Notes: generated by a model not told the origin, from the letters alone. Shown: positions 37,593 to 52,041, counted from the first letter of the stretch. The stretch: DNA of 64,000 bases from Octopus vulgaris (GCA_951406725.2 OX597823.1:49476001-49540000); one strand, 5' to 3'. Made by a program: numbers and translations.

Positions 37593-39300
37593 TGCTACTA
37601 CTGTTGTTATGCCTTACATCCTTTTGGGGTCAATCTAATTGACCTATCTCTCCCCAAAAATTGCTGGTCTTGTGCCAAAACTTGAAAGTATTATTATTAT
37701 CATTATCATCATCTTCATCATCATCATCATCATGCCTGTGTCATTCAGTACATCATCTCTTAATTTAATCTACTATCAATGGCAGTGACAACATTTTCTG
37801 CTTCTCTGGTTCATATTCATTTTGTTCGTCTGATAATATTTGATAACCTTGTTTCATTCTTGTTAAAATCAATACTAATCAGAAACAAAAGTTGTGGTTG
37901 CTTGGTGGCAAATGCAGTTAACCCAAATGTAGGCTCCTAGCTAGCTAAGTCCATGACACAGTTTCAATTCATAATTGAAGCTAATTCACTTCACATTTAC
38001 CCTTGAGGAAATCATGAATGCTAAAGAATCCTATTCACCTCAGTGAATTTTTGATTTTGTACTTAAATCAATATTAGAAAATGATGGTTGCAATATTTTA
38101 TTTATTTGTTTATTTAATTATTATTATTATTATTATTATTATAAAGGCATTTAGCTGGAAATATTGTTAGCATGCTGGACGAAAACTTAGCGGTATTTCG
38201 CCCATCAATACGCTCTGAGTTCCAATTTCACCTAGGTCGATTTTGCCTTTTATCCTTTCATGATCAATAAATTAAGTACCAGTGAAACACTGGGTCGATG
38301 TAATTGACTAGTCCCCTTCCCACAAATTTCAGGCTTTGTGCCTATAGTAGAAAGGATTATTATTATTATTATTATCATTATTAAGGCAGTGAGTTAGCAG
38401 AATTGTTAGCATGCCGGGTGAAATGCTTAGCGGTATTTCATCTGAGTTCAAATTCTGCCAATGTCAACTTTGCCTCTCATCCTTTCGGGGTCGATAAATC
38501 AAGTACCAGTTGAGTACTGGGGTTGATGTGATCGACTGTCCCCCTCCTCACAAAATCCAGACCTTGTGCCTATAGTAAAAAGGATTATTATTATTATTAT
38601 TATTATTATTAGCGTGGAGAGCTGGCAGAATTGCTAGCATGCCAGGCAAAATGCTTAGCGACATTTCAGCCATCCTTACGTTCTGAGTTCAAATTCCACC
38701 AAGGTTGACTTTACCTTTCATCTTTTCAGAATTGATAAAATGAGTATCAGTTGAGCACTGGGGTCAATGTAATCAAATTACCCACTCACACGAACTTGCT
38801 GACCTAGTGCCAAAATTTGAAATCATTATTATTATTAATGTAGTGAGCTGGCAGAATTGTTAGCATGCCAGGCAAAATGCTTAGCAGCATTTTGTCCATT
38901 CTTACATTGTGAGTTCAAATTCCACTGAGGACAACTTTGCCTTTCATCCTTTCGGGATCGATAGACTGAGTACCAGTTGAGCACTAGAGTCGATATAATT
39001 GACTTACCCTCACCCCACCTGAAATTGCTGGCCTTGTGCAAAAATTTGAAACCAGTATTATTATTATTATTATTATTATTATTTTTATTGTTATTGTTAT
39101 TATGAAGGTGGCAAGCACACCAAGCAAAATGCTTAGCAGCATTGCCAGGTGCTATGCTCTGAGTTCAAATTCTGCCATGGTTGACTTTTCCTTTCATTTT
39201 TTGAGGGTCAGTGAAAAAGGTACCAGTCAAGCACTGGGGTCACTGTAATCAACTCCCCCAATTTTTGGCCTTGTGCCTATAGTAGAAAGGGTTATTATTA
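37335..39300 (+). mobile_element. Head-to-tail array of six SINE B copies plus one partial copy, separated by (ATT)n
   Basis: Copies start at ~37335, 38143, 38383, 38612, 38838 and 39105, with a partial copy at ~37610; each is preceded by (att)n. Confidence 0.9.
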
Positions 39301-40421
39301 TTATCATCAATGATATCAATACGCCAATTTGTTTTTTGTATGTACCTGACACATGTGTCACGCTTAAGAGAAATAAATTGTTAAAAAAAATTTTGCTTAA
39401 ATAAAAAATTTTAGCTACATCTCCTGTCACTTGTTATTTCTGGAAAAGATTTGAAACTGCCACCTATGTGTTGTGTTGGTACTTCTCAACACCCATGCTT
39501 ACTGAGCCACCAAAGCAGCAACATTCTTAATGAGAAAATTGAGATACTTAAATTTGACGTGTGTGTTGAGCAAGGGAAAGAAGTGAGAGAGAAAGGGTGA
39601 GAGAAAGAGAGATGATGGCATGAAACTGAGTGGCTGATAGGTATTTGAATCCCTTTCTATGACTGAACTGAAATTGACCCCTGGCTATTAAAGGCACAGC
39701 CACACACACACATACATTTGTTTTAGGTCTTCTACCCATTTGAATTTGGCCATACACCAAATAACATGATCAATCTTATGTTCCGAAATTTAAGTTTTGA
39801 ATTTGTTTTAATTAGAAAATTACACCTCAGCTAAAACACATCTTTTGGCTTTTGAATACAACTTTTTCTTTCTCTTTCTATATTTTTTGTTAAATTACAA
39901 TTTCTCTGTTTTGGTCAGGATTTTTCCAATTTCTTTTTTCTTGTTTCAATTAATGGACTTTAAAAAAAATTAAATTCATAGAGGTGAATAAAATAAAAAA
40001 TATTCTATTTTTTTCCGTTTCCTTAATACTAACATAGTATGAGAGAGAGTTGGCTGTTATTTCTAGCAAATTGAACAACCACACAGAGTTGTTCATTTGG
40101 CTCATTTGTTGATGTGTGTAAGTAAACACAAGCTAAAAGACACACACATACATTTATATATGTATGTGTGTATCTACAGACCAGAGCAGAGAAGACGTGA
40201 GTGAGAAAGAGAGAGAAAGAGAGAGATGCTGTAAAAGAATAAAAGAATACTAGAAAAGCGTTCCATACCACTAAACCATGAGAGTTCTCTGAATATGTAC
40301 AATGTATTGTAAGGCTAAATAGTAATTCTGTTTACGTTTGCGAAACTGAGATATTTTGGTTGGATTATATAGTTATCAGTTTTACACTTCTTTCTGTATT
40401 CTGTAACTGTCGCAATACACT

Positions 40422-40637
40422 TTTCAACTATAGGCACAAGTCCTGAAATTTTGGCGAGGGAGGGGGCCAGTCGATTAGCTCGACCTCAGTATGTAACTGG
40501 TACTTAATTTATGGACCTCAAAAGGATGAAAGGCAAAGTTGACATTGGCAGAATTTGAACTCAGAACGTAAAGACAGATGAAACACCACCAAGCATTTCA
40601 CCTGGCGTGCTCATGATTCTGCAAGCTCATCACCTTA
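40422..40637 (-). mobile_element. SINE B with 13-bp TSD
   Basis: Flanks aactgtcgcaata and aactgtcacaata. Confidence 0.88.
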
Positions 40638-40961
40638 AACTGTCACAATATAAAACCATTTCTCATAGCACAAGCACACAATTTACAGATTCTTACATTT
40701 TTCATATTTTCCATGAATTTTTCACAGGTCCAGCTATTTGTTTTTATTACTTAAAACAGTGGTAGGTGGTGAAAATAATAGTGTTGAAGAAAATGGCTTG
40801 CAGTATTTAATTATTACACTTTACATTCTGAGTTCAAATCATGTTAAAATCAACTTTGCATCTCATCCTTCTAGGGTCAATAAAATAAAGTTTTATTACT
40901 CAAATACTGAGGTTGATATAATTAATTGTTCCCACCTCAACAAATTTTATCTTTGTGCCTT

Positions 40962-41395
40962 CGCAGGAGTGGCTGTGTGGTAAGTAGCTTGTGTACTGCC
41001 CTTGTGGCAAACTATGTGAATAAAAGTAGCTTGCTTACCAACCACATGGTTCCGGGTTCAATCCCACTGTGTGGCACCTTGGACAAGTGTCTTCTATTGT
41101 AGCCTTGGGCCAACCAAAGCCTTGTGAGTGGATTTGGTAGACGGAAACTTAAAGAAGCCCATCATATATATGTATATGTGTATATATGTGTGTGTTTGTG
41201 TCTGCGTTTATCCCCCTAACATCGCTTGACAACTGATGCTGGTGTATTTATGTTCCCGTAACTTAGTGGTTCGACAAAAGAGACTGATAGAGTAAGTACT
41301 AGGCTTACAAAGAATAAGTCCTGGGATCAATTCTCTCGACTAAAGGTGGTGCTCCAGCATGGCCACAGTCAAATGACTGAAGCAAGTAAAAGAGT
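40962..41395 (+). mobile_element. Young SINE A carrying a 32-bp insertion in its head
   Basis: Full head-to-tail match; aagtagcttg duplicated at 40982-40991 and 41024-41033. Confidence 0.88.
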
Positions 41396-42109
41396 AATAT
41401 TTAAATGCTTTGTAATATTTCTTCTGGCTCTTTATGTTCTAAGTTCAAATCATGCCCAAGCCAGTTTTGCCTTGCCTCTCTCATGGATTAATAAAATGAA
41501 CTACCAGTCTGGTGCTGGTGTTGACGGTACCAATTAACCTTCCTCCTTTTGATATTGCTGACCTTATGCCTAAATCAGAAACCATCATTTTTGTAATTAA
41601 AATGGAAAAGGAATGGTTGACTGGCAGATATTAAGTTGTGCCTTATTATGTTCTTAGTTGAAATTTCACCAAAATTAACTTCCCGTTGGTCCTTTCAGTC
41701 CTTTTCCAAAATTTTGTGGCCCAGTACCTATTCCAGAAATATTATATTTAAAATTATGATTATATTATCAAATATAATCTACATTTTCATAGTTGTATAT
41801 TGTTTACCTCTCATTTCCCTCACTTGTTCTAATGGGACAAGGTTCTTTCTTTCACACTGTTATTGGAATTAGTGCAGTCTTCTGACTTACCACTTCCTGT
41901 AGAACTGTCCAAACCATGCTAGCATGCAAAATGAACATTAAATGATGATGATGATGCACTTACATTCTAGTTGCTAATGACATTTGGTGAGGTGTGAATA
42001 ACTGTGCTTCCTAGCTATGTTTTTTATACAAATTAAATATTGTTAATATATGTTTCGTACTTTTATCTTTCTATTCATAATGTTATTATTTAAGGTTATA
42101 TGACTACCA

Positions 42110-42450
42110 TTATCATCATCATCATCATTTAACATCCATTTTCCATGCTGGCATGGGTTGGATGGTTTGACAGGAGCTGGCAAGTTGGAGAGCTACAACA
42201 GGCTCCAGTTGTCTGTTTGGGCATGGTTTCTACAGCTAGATGCCCTCCCTAATGCCAACCACTTTACAAAGTGTACTGAGTACTTTTTACGTGCTGCCAG
42301 CACAGGTCCTCTTTCCATGGTGCCAGCATGGGTGTTTTTCATATGGCACCAGCATGGATGCTTTTTATGTGGTGCCAGCATGAATGCTTCTTGTGTTGTG
42401 CCAGTATGAATGCTTCTTGTGTGGCACCAGCATGGGTGCTTTTTCCATGA
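42110..42450 (-). mobile_element. SINE family C with ~29-bp tandem subrepeats
   Basis: (cat)n tail; five or six tggcaccagcatgggtgcttt-like units at 42290-42445. Confidence 0.85.
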
Positions 42451-43642
42451 CTTCCAATGTTGTCCTTTAGTAATGTCATCAAAGTGAACACCTCAAACTG
42501 ATTAATTTCTAGTTTCCCATCACTATTTAATATTCCACCAAAATACAACAGAGTAATCTCCCACATCTATGTATTGATAAATTTATACATCACTAATTTA
42601 TAGAAAATAATTTTTTGAAATATAAATGCTTATTTGAATGTTAGAAACATAGTGTCTTGTACAGTTAAAAAAAAGACGTCTTGATTGTTTTTGGTAAAGT
42701 TTTATTTAAGAGGTAAAATATAAATTTGGTACTTCAGTGATATTTCAGTTGCATTGTTTCAGAAGTTTAGTAATGTTCATATTTGTGTTTCCAATATTTA
42801 AAAATTACCATTTTCCTTGTGTGAAAATAACTTTCAATGAATATTTATGCTGAGTAACATCTGAAAAATAAAAATGATTGTTTTATTTCATATTTGGTAA
42901 ATAATAATATAGAACACTGGAAATGATTCATAGTTTTGTTCATGTTAATCTTTTATTTCATCCAGACTTCTATTGCTATTTTGATATTAGTTAGTTTGAA
43001 GGGAAAAATTTAATACTGTATAATTTATTATTCTAACCTGTAACTTAACACCTCCAAATCTGGTTATACCTTGGACTTATTTGAAATTTGTGAAACAATT
43101 TGAAAGTAAATTTCTTTTATTTTCTCAAATATAATGTTTGATGTCCACTTTTGAGTTAACTCGTTGTTTTTCGACTCTAAATTACGTTATTTATCTTGCT
43201 AGCTAAAACAGTTGAGTTTTTTTTTCTATTTATTTTTATCTTGTCAGGATATGCAAAATTCTTGTCAGAAAAATTCCATATTAAAATTGAAGAAAAGACC
43301 ATACCATTCTATATGAACTACTTGTGTTCTCAAAATCATGTACTTAACCATAACCATTTCTTTGCATGTGCATGTGTGCAAAAAATGCATTTTATCAAAA
43401 GGTCATGAAATAAAGCATTAAAATGCTCACGTGCCTATTTCCACTAAATTGTGCACATCTAAAGGTCTGATCAGATAATAAACAATTTAAGCTTTAAGTG
43501 ATTCTCATTCCCATTTGGATTTGATTCTTGCTGAGAGGCAATGAAAATGGCTAGCAGTCTTGAAACAAATTTTTAACACCCTTATGCATATCTTTTATAG
43601 TTAAATGGTCAAAAATAAAACCTGATGTTAAAGTAGAACAGT

Positions 43643-43822
43643 TTAACCCTGTCCCAAATATTTACTTGTTTTGTGTTCACACCTAGCCTCTAGTGTCATT
43701 GCAGAAATAAACAACCAGATAATCAAAGTCTTGAAGCTATGAGATAATGTGTGATAAATTCAATACAATGTGAATAAGTCAGCATTGCATTTGACTGAGT
43801 AATCTGATTGTAAAAGGGTTAA
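43643..43822 (-). mobile_element. P1 MITE, internally deleted
   Basis: TTAAccct...aaaagggTTAA. Confidence 0.7.
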
Positions 43823-44570
43823 GAGAAAGAGGAAAATTCATGTTTACAGGATTATGGGTGGTCTGAGAATTTGCTTGTTCTTTGTTACCCAGACATGGAA
43901 CAAGTTAATATTTCACTGAGATTCAGATAGTGAGTGTGATCTTATAGCTTTGTCTAGTGTGAATGCACTAGAATGTTAAATATTATAATTTATTTTAAAG
44001 TCAAATGTTATACAATTGATATTCCTGATATTCCTACCAATTGTGAAATATTTTTCTTCTTTTTTTTTTTAAATTTCTTCATCGAATAAAGCTTATTGTA
44101 TTCTTAACTATTTAATTTTATAGTGAATAACACTACAAAAATACCTAGCTTCTGAAGTAGAAATACATGTTTATCAGCTTGATTTATTTACCCTCATAAT
44201 TAGGAATATTTGAGTTCATTTCCATTTAAATATGTGTTGTGCATTATAACTTACTCTTAGCTGAGAATAATTACATTTAAAAAACAGAATTGAAGATCTA
44301 TCATATGAAAACATTTCTTCCTGTCATCCTCTGAGACTATGTTTACAGAAATATTTTTCTCCAATCATACAATCCCTTCCAAGTTTATTTTATTTCATTT
44401 GTTTAGTTTTGCTCCCTGTTTTCCAATAATTATTTGTTTTCATTTTCAATAAGTGAGATGGGCATTTTCTTTATTCCAACTGTTCATACACATCTGTTTG
44501 CCTTGAATCTCTTTACATTCTTACATTGCTGAAGAATTTGTTATTAATATGAAGATGTAAATGATATATG

Positions 44571-44624
<54 letters not shown>

Positions 44625-45011
44625 TGTGTTTGTTTCCCTAAATACTGTAAGGCTGATCAATCCACCATTTCTCTTCCCAAATTTATGCTACTTCAATTTG
44701 CATTGTTTTAATAAAATGTTTTATCTAACTTTATAAAGGTTTCAGAAATGATTCACACTGGAAATCAGTTTTGTGCAACCTGAAGCTATCTTATGGAAAG
44801 TGATCCTAAATAATGGAGAGGATTTTGAATAGTTTCTCTCTCTGTTGATTCTAGTATCAACTACTCATTACTGGTTATGAAATATTTAACACCTAAACTA
44901 TTGTAGCAAATCATTTATTGATTAAATGTTGATTTCAGCAAGAAACAATTACAATATAGAACCTTATGAACATGTTTTCAATTTTTTGGTCTTGACTAAT
45001 AATAATAATAA

Positions 45012-45248
45012 TCCTTTCTAATATAGGCACAAGGCTTGAAATTTTGGCAAGAGGGATAATTGATTACATCAACCCCAGTACTCAGCTGGTACTTATTTTA
45101 TTGACTACAGTACTCAACTGGTACTTATTTTATCGACCCTGAAAGGATAAGTTGACCCCCGGTGGAATTTGAACTCAGAATTTGACTGGTGAAATGCCAC
45201 TAAACATTTTGCTTGGCATGCTAATGACTTTGCCAGCTCACCACCTTA
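45012..45248 (-). mobile_element. SINE B with an internal ~32-bp duplication
   Basis: cagtactca(g/a)ctggtacttattttat appears twice. Confidence 0.85.
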
Positions 45249-46079
45249 TATAATAGTGTTATTGATAATTATCATAATAACATTTTACCTCTGTTGTAAT
45301 CATCAATTCAGTTTCTGTGACAGTAAGTTCTTGGTAAACTGTTTTGATAACTAGTTTTCATTTCTGTTATGATCCACTTCATTTACATTGCTTATGCCCT
45401 TTCATGAAAAGTATGAACCACACAACATCCCACTTGCCTACTCATAAGGTTTTGGCAGTATTTGTTATGATGAAAATAATATGATTTAATTTTAGCTCAA
45501 AGCCACTTCATGGGGATAGGTGTAGTCAGCTGAATCAATTCTAATACTTAACCCTCAGAAACATGAATGGTAAAGTTGACACCCAATGGGATTTGAACTG
45601 AGGACATAAAAAGTTATAACTAAATATTGACAAACTACTTTGTCTTGCTCTCCACTGATTTTGCTGTCTGTCACTATTATTATAATTAGATTTTAATACT
45701 TTTTTGTACCTGTATGTTGTGTGAAATTGTGTGAAAGCTTGTCAGTAGCAGGACCATTTCTGTTGTGGTTGGTAGATTTTATCCATTGCCTGGTTTAGTA
45801 CAGATGCCAGGCTTTTGGGTGCCTCTAACTGAAGGGGCATTCTGGTCAGGTCTCCAGTGTGAGAAAAACTTCCTTCTGCTGTCATGGGGACCTTGGAAAG
45901 AGTCATGAGCTCTGCCTTTCTTCTATCTAAGCCATTAAAAAATACAACAAAAAGAGTTAAAAGCAACTACTTTCAGTTTGTCCTATGTAAGATTTAGTAC
46001 TACACATTGTAAGTACTTTATAGCAGGACACCTATCCCTCATCAACTGGCACAAAGCCCCCTCCCTCCACTGCTATTCC

Positions 46080-46310
46080 TTCCTCCTTGCTAAGGGGATT
46101 GTTTTGACTTGCAAATTACTTGGTGATCTTGCTGGTGCCATGTAAAAAGCATCCAGTACACTCTGCAGAATGGTTGGCATTAGGCATGGCATCCAGGTGT
46201 GGAAACCATACCAAATCAGACGATGGAAACTGTTGCAGCCACCCACTGCCTTACCATCCAACCCATGCCAGTATAGAAAATATATGTTAAATGATGATGA
46301 TGATGATGAT
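46080..46310 (+). mobile_element. SINE family C
   Basis: tggttggcattaggcatggcatccagg...ccaacccatgccag...gttaaatgatgatgatg. Confidence 0.75.
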
Positions 46311-46395
46311 AGTTATAGTTTGTGTGCTCCATGTGGATTCTATTGAAAATATTTTAGTATGAACCTTGCAGAACTGATATGTTTTGATTCCAATT

Positions 46396-46627
46396 TTAAT
46401 CCTTTAGCATTTAAGCTGGCCATATCAGGCCAAAATATTCTACTTGATTAATACTCAAACAGACCACATCTGGACTTTTACACCTACCCTACAATATCGT
46501 ATTAAAAGTGAACAATCGCATCATTGAAATTCCATAGCTACAAGATAATACATGATTAATTCAAAAGAATGTGAATATATAAGCATTACATTCATTCAAC
46601 TGAATAATCTGAATGCTAAAAGGTTAA
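46396..46627 (-). mobile_element. P1 MITE, full length
   Basis: TTAAtcctttagcatt...aatgctaaaaggTTAA. Confidence 0.85.
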
Positions 46628-47697
46628 GCCTAACTTTCTGAAACATTATGTTTTGGTTTATCTCTATTTTCTATGATTTTATTGTAATTCTTCAACCAAT
46701 ACATTTCAATTTCTATTGAGCCTTAATCTCAAAATCACAGCTCTTGTATACAAGAAGTCAAGTTTCTTATAAACTGTTGTTTACTGAATTCACATTGAAG
46801 TAGTTTTTCAGTTGGTGCATGGGATGGATACCAGTGAAGGCAATGAGCTCAGCTCCTGTCTTGAATCACACCAAAACAAAATAAAAAGAGAAAGAAAATG
46901 CAGTTATTTCCAGAAAGCTACCAGAACAATATATACCTTCTTCCTTAGGTTATCTATGCATTTCCTGCATCTCACAAGTGAATTTTTCATAAGAATCATT
47001 GCTAATGCATATTAAACTCCCTTACATATCTGTATCCCTGTAATAATGAACTGTTGTGTCAGTTTATCTCATACTTCATAAGACTGAAAACAATAAGTTT
47101 GATTCCTGGCAGTATTGAAAGCAAATCCTGTCAACTAATTAATTTCAATTGTTAGTTCCATATCTACTTTTTGCAAGACACACATTTATTGTGAAGCTGA
47201 TTCTTCTGCCAAAAGAATTCAACCATAAACACCTACTTGAAAGATATTCATACTGAACTTCTAATATGGATAATCATGGTTTAGATTAATTTTTTAAATT
47301 TTTTATCATGGAATTCAAGGAATAATTGAACAGAGAAATTTGACATCTGACATTTTGTAGATAATAAATGTGATGTAACTTTATTAGAAATCAATATTTA
47401 TATTATAGTATTCTAATGATGTTTTTATTAAACCCCAATCAATGTTGTCAGCAATAAATGATCCTATTACTGTATAAAATCAGATGGTAAGAGAATTTGA
47501 AGAGTTCTCAAAATGAGTTTTGGATCTGTACAAACAATTTCTTTTTATGTTGTTTATATTAGAAACACACTGGTCCCTAAGTGCCTTTAAATCCACTTTC
47601 ACGTAAGCATTTGGGCCTGAATAACTTTCTCCCTTCTTCTTGCCAATCACAGAGGCTTTGGAAAAGGTCATAGGCACTACTCTTTCCCTTCTGGAGG

Positions 47698-47927
47698 TTA
47701 ACCCATTTTAATACCAAATTGCCTGAAATCACTCCCTGTTCAGTGGTACAAACTCTCTATTTTAAAGTGAAGTAAATCATAACTGCCCATCAAAATTTCA
47801 CGTTATTTATGTCTCTAACAGCAGCTTAATAATGGCAAAGTTATTTTATTAAATTCTTCATTATTTTCAAAATTAATTGAAACAAAGGCTGTGTTTCTTT
47901 TAAGTGATACAATAACAAAAGAATTAA
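47698..47927 (+). mobile_element. P2 MITE
   Basis: TTAAccc...TTAA; body matches the 15425 copy. Confidence 0.75.
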
Positions 47928-48900
47928 GCCATTAAATATTTTTTTTTTTTACATAAATTTTTTAAAATAACATTCAGTTTGTCCTTCACAAGATTTTCTA
48001 TGCCACACTGTTATGATGTGTGGTGTGCATGCTATATATGGATTCCACTGAAAGTATTTTACTGTAAGCCCAGCCAAACTATTGAATGATCAATAGTTTA
48101 GTTGGTATGCTAGAAGCAAATTTTCAAAGTGTTCTTACTTTAGTTTTAAAACCTATTAGCTGTTGTCCACAGGTAAATCTAAATGTCTCATCTTGCTAAC
48201 ATTATATAATTGTCTGTTTTACTATATTTGAGAGCATTCAGGTCAACTGGTTTATTTGTTTTCTGAAATTTGTAATGCATATTTTAAAACCATTTATTGT
48301 ACTTAGGTTCAAAAACCTTGTATTCTCATCATATATTGTATCATGGACATAACTTCTTTTCATACACAAATTACATTCCGGTTTCCATCCAACATTACCA
48401 TTAAATATTCTATTACCATAGCAATATCCCTTTCATCTCTATTTGAAGTGGTCCTTTGTAGTTTTTCATAGAACCAGTCCTTCTATTCATCTACTAACCC
48501 TATTTATGGGCATACACTAAAAACTACAGTGACTATCAAATTGGCAGTTCTATTATTCTGTCGTTCACCTATGCTATGTCTTTTATATTTTTATCCATAT
48601 CACAGCTATCAATAGAATTACTAGAATACAAATTTCTGCTTTAGAATGATTACTTATTCAGAACTTGTATTACACAGTGTTCTTATAATGAATTTTGCTG
48701 ATGTAAACATTAAAACAATTTGCCTTTCATTCTAACATCACCATTACCCACTTCCCTACTCTATTCTACACTCCCCATTTTAAGATACCAAATTCTTAAT
48801 ATTTGGAATTCAACAAGCTGAAATAGGAGTGGTGGGATTTCTTAGTGACATTGAATTTTAATAGAATGGCTTTAGTAAGAATGTTTGGTTGCCTGCTCTT

Positions 48901-49128
48901 TTAACTGGTTCATTACTGTATCTCTGTTGAAATACACTGATTTTATTTCAATAATTTTGAAAATTATGAAGAATTTTAGTAAAATATCTTCATTATTAAG
49001 CTAGTGTTTTGAACATAAACTAACATGAAATTTTGATGGAGGGTTTTTAATTTAGGTCACGTTAAAAATAGAAGTTAGTATTAAAGAATCAGAGGTGACA
49101 TCAGACAGTCTGGCATCAGAAGGGTTAA
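48901..49128 (-). mobile_element. P2 MITE, minus orientation
   Basis: Ends in catcagaagggTTAA; reverse complement matches P2. Confidence 0.75.
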
Positions 49129-49228
49129 GGCACCAGCCACGGAATGAGGTAGGCATTGGTTTAAACTTTCAACTATATTTGCTAGGCCTTTGTTTTGGAC
49201 ACTGTTTTGTCTACTACCATATAGTGAT

Positions 49229-49451
49229 TTGACTCTATAGCATTCAGATTACCCTGTCAAGCATAATGCTTATTCAAATTGTTTTTGAATTAATCATGCA
49301 TTATCTCATGGCTTTGAGATACCAATGATGTGATCGCATATTTTTAGAATGACATTGTATGGTAGGTATGAGAGGCCAAATCTGGTCAGTTTGAATAAAA
49401 AATGTGTTGAATATTTAGGTCTGATATCACTGGTTTGAATGCTAGAGTTAA
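49229..49451 (+). mobile_element. P1 MITE
   Basis: tagcattcagattaccctgtcaa...gaatgctagagTTAA. Confidence 0.78.
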
Positions 49452-50777
49452 ACTGCAGTGAATACATTTATAGAAAATTGCCTTCAGAGCTTGAGTGTAA
49501 TTTTTCTTTATTTTACAAAGCAAGGTTGACAGTCATGAAGAATGGTAATGGAAAGATAGAAAAATAGGGAAATGGAGGGCAAGAAGTTTTGCATGAGAAA
49601 GTGAAGAGACAGTGGAAGAGAGGAAATTACATACAAAGTTTGGAAATGTTTAGAATAACTTAATACATGATAACATAGTACATATAACCTGAGTAGAATA
49701 TTTTAGGTGGTAATCATGATTCTAAAAATTTAATTGCATGACCAGATAAAAGGCAATGAATATCAATATTGTTACAGAAACATCAGAGAGAGAGAGACTG
49801 TGTGTGTATGTATGTGGTGGAAAACTTTATTTTCAATTTAGTTTAGTGGTTCCAAGACCTGCTTTAACATTTTCTAGTATTTTAGTTTTTAAACAAGATT
49901 CTGTTTGCATATATTTATGATGAAATAATGCATTTTCAGCCTGTGGAATCTGAGAAATCATGTCACATTAGAACATGTTTTAACAATCAGCAAACATTCA
50001 GTGTAAAATGAAATGTAGCCAAGAATGAACACCTGCATATACACACAGATGGCCAGCTACATCCATCCATTCATCCACACACACACACACACAAACAAAC
50101 AAACAATTCCCAAGCTTTTATCATAAACTATCAATTAACAAACCACAATTTGTTCATAAAGCAAACATTTATAGAATTAGATTCCTAAGGAAATAATGTT
50201 TGACCTTGTAGTAAAAAAAATTTATATTAACCTTAAATGCTTGCCTTGTATCTAAATATACTCTGATTCACAGATTATTTTACTCTAGTAGTATTTAATG
50301 AATAGAAGCAGTCCAGAGTAATGGGATAAGTAGACACATGGAGTAAACATACAAGCATGTGTTCTTTTAGAAAATTCATTTAGCCATGCTGTAAAAATTA
50401 GCAATTTAGTCTTGTCTGAGTATGTATATCCCATAAATAGTTAATATCTTCTCTGTAACCAGGAATGAGTAACTGGTCCTTGATGAGACTTAAACAAAAG
50501 CTGACACTAATCAGATTGATCGTTCTTTTTCTGGCCACAGAGAGAGAAATCTTTGACTTCACTATGGAGTCTGCTTTTTCACTGCAAGGCTTGATAATGT
50601 GTTTACTAACACAACTTGTTTGTATATGTATTTTATACATCTCAAAATAGTAGGGAACTATTATCATGTCCATATCTACCTACCTGTTGTACTATTATTG
50701 TATAAGTTATGAGCTGTCAAAATTCTCTGATAATATCTACATGTGGAGAAAATATCATTAGTTACTCAAAATTAATG

Positions 50778-50995
50778 GTTTCTAATTTTGGCACAAGACC
50801 AATAGCTTCAAGGAAAGTGGGGTTTGTCAATGCCATCGACCCCAGTTCTTGACTGGTACTTTGCCTTTCATCCTTTCAGAAATGATAAAATAAAGTTGAA
50901 CATGGCAGGAGTTAAACTCAGAATGTGAAATTGCTGGAACAAATACCACAAAGTATTTTGTCCGACACTCTACTGATTCTGTCTGCTTGCCACTA
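50778..50995 (-). mobile_element. SINE B variant with TSD
   Basis: Flanks ttactcaaaattaat and ttacccaaaattaat. Confidence 0.75.
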
Positions 50996-51409
50996 TTTTT
51001 ACTTACCCAAAATTAATAACACCAACCAACTAACCAACCAATTTCCAACCAGTTTCTCCTGAAGTGATAACTAAAAGGAATATGAAATAGTGGAAGAAAG
51101 CTTTACTCTCTTTTGAACTGGATATAATTAAAATTTACTTTCATCACTTCTGCAAGATTATTATTATCATTAATTTAATGTCTGCTCTTGTACTACTTTG
51201 GTAATTGTTACCATTCTCATTTCATGCACATTATGCTGCATATACCACAGTTCAGAATACCAAAGTATTATGAAATTTTGTATAGTTGTGTATATATCTA
51301 ATTGAAGACCAGTTCTTCATTACTGGATCAATTTTCTAGCACCAAATACTATCAAATAATGATGATGATGGTGATGGTAGTGGTGGTGACGGTGATGATG
51401 ATGATGATG

Positions 51410-51622
51410 ATTTCAAGATTTGAACCAGCAGTTTTGGAGCAGGAGCTAAGACAATGACTACATTGACCTCAGCGCTCAACTGGTACTTATTTTATTGATC
51501 TTGAAAAGGACGAAAGGCAAAGATGACCTCGGCAGAATTTGATCTCAGAACGTAAAGGCAGATGAAATGCTGCTAAGCATTTTGCCTCGCATGCTAACAA
51601 TTCTGCCAGCTCACTACCTTAA
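51410..51622 (-). mobile_element. SINE B
   Basis: aggcaaagatgacctcggcagaatttgatctcagaacg...tctgccagctcactacctt. Confidence 0.85.
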
Positions 51623-51813
51623 ATAATAATTTCTAATGTTGATACAAGCTATAAAGTTGTTTAGCTGCAGATCAGTTCTTGTAGTGGTGATGGTTTAACC
51701 CCAAGTAGCCTCTATTCAAACAGACACACAATCAAGGGCATTCCAGCTACCACCATCTAATCTTGCTCTTCATGCAGTCTATCTGGAATTATATTATCTG
51801 ATACATCTTTCAT

Positions 51814-52041
51814 TTAACCACTTTAGCATTCAGATTACTCTGTCAAATGTAATGCTTCTTTATTGACATTGCTTTGAATTAAGCATGCATTATTTCATAG
51901 CTTCAAGCATTCAGTGATGTGATTGTTTATTTTAGAATGTCATTGTAGGGTTAGTGTGAGAGGCCAGATCTGGTTGATTTGAACATGAAACAAGTAGAAT
52001 ATTTGGGTTTGATATGGCTAGTTTAAACACTGAAGGGTTAA
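51814..52041 (+). mobile_element. P1 MITE, full length
   Basis: TTAAccactttagcattcag...aaacactgaagggTTAA. Confidence 0.85.

Noticed and set aside
37335-39300. Regularly spaced repeats resembling a CRISPR array
   Set aside because: The units are ~210-bp SINEs with microsatellite spacers in eukaryotic DNA, and no cas genes are present.
45740-47690. Higher-GC patches at 45742-45966 and 47540-47690
   Set aside because: Probably very old LINE remnants (e.g. VKVDLKAL resembles an RTE C-terminus) but too decayed to call.
48598-48620. tatcacagct resembling the miR-2 family 5' end
   Set aside because: The rest of the sequence does not match and no precursor hairpin is evident.
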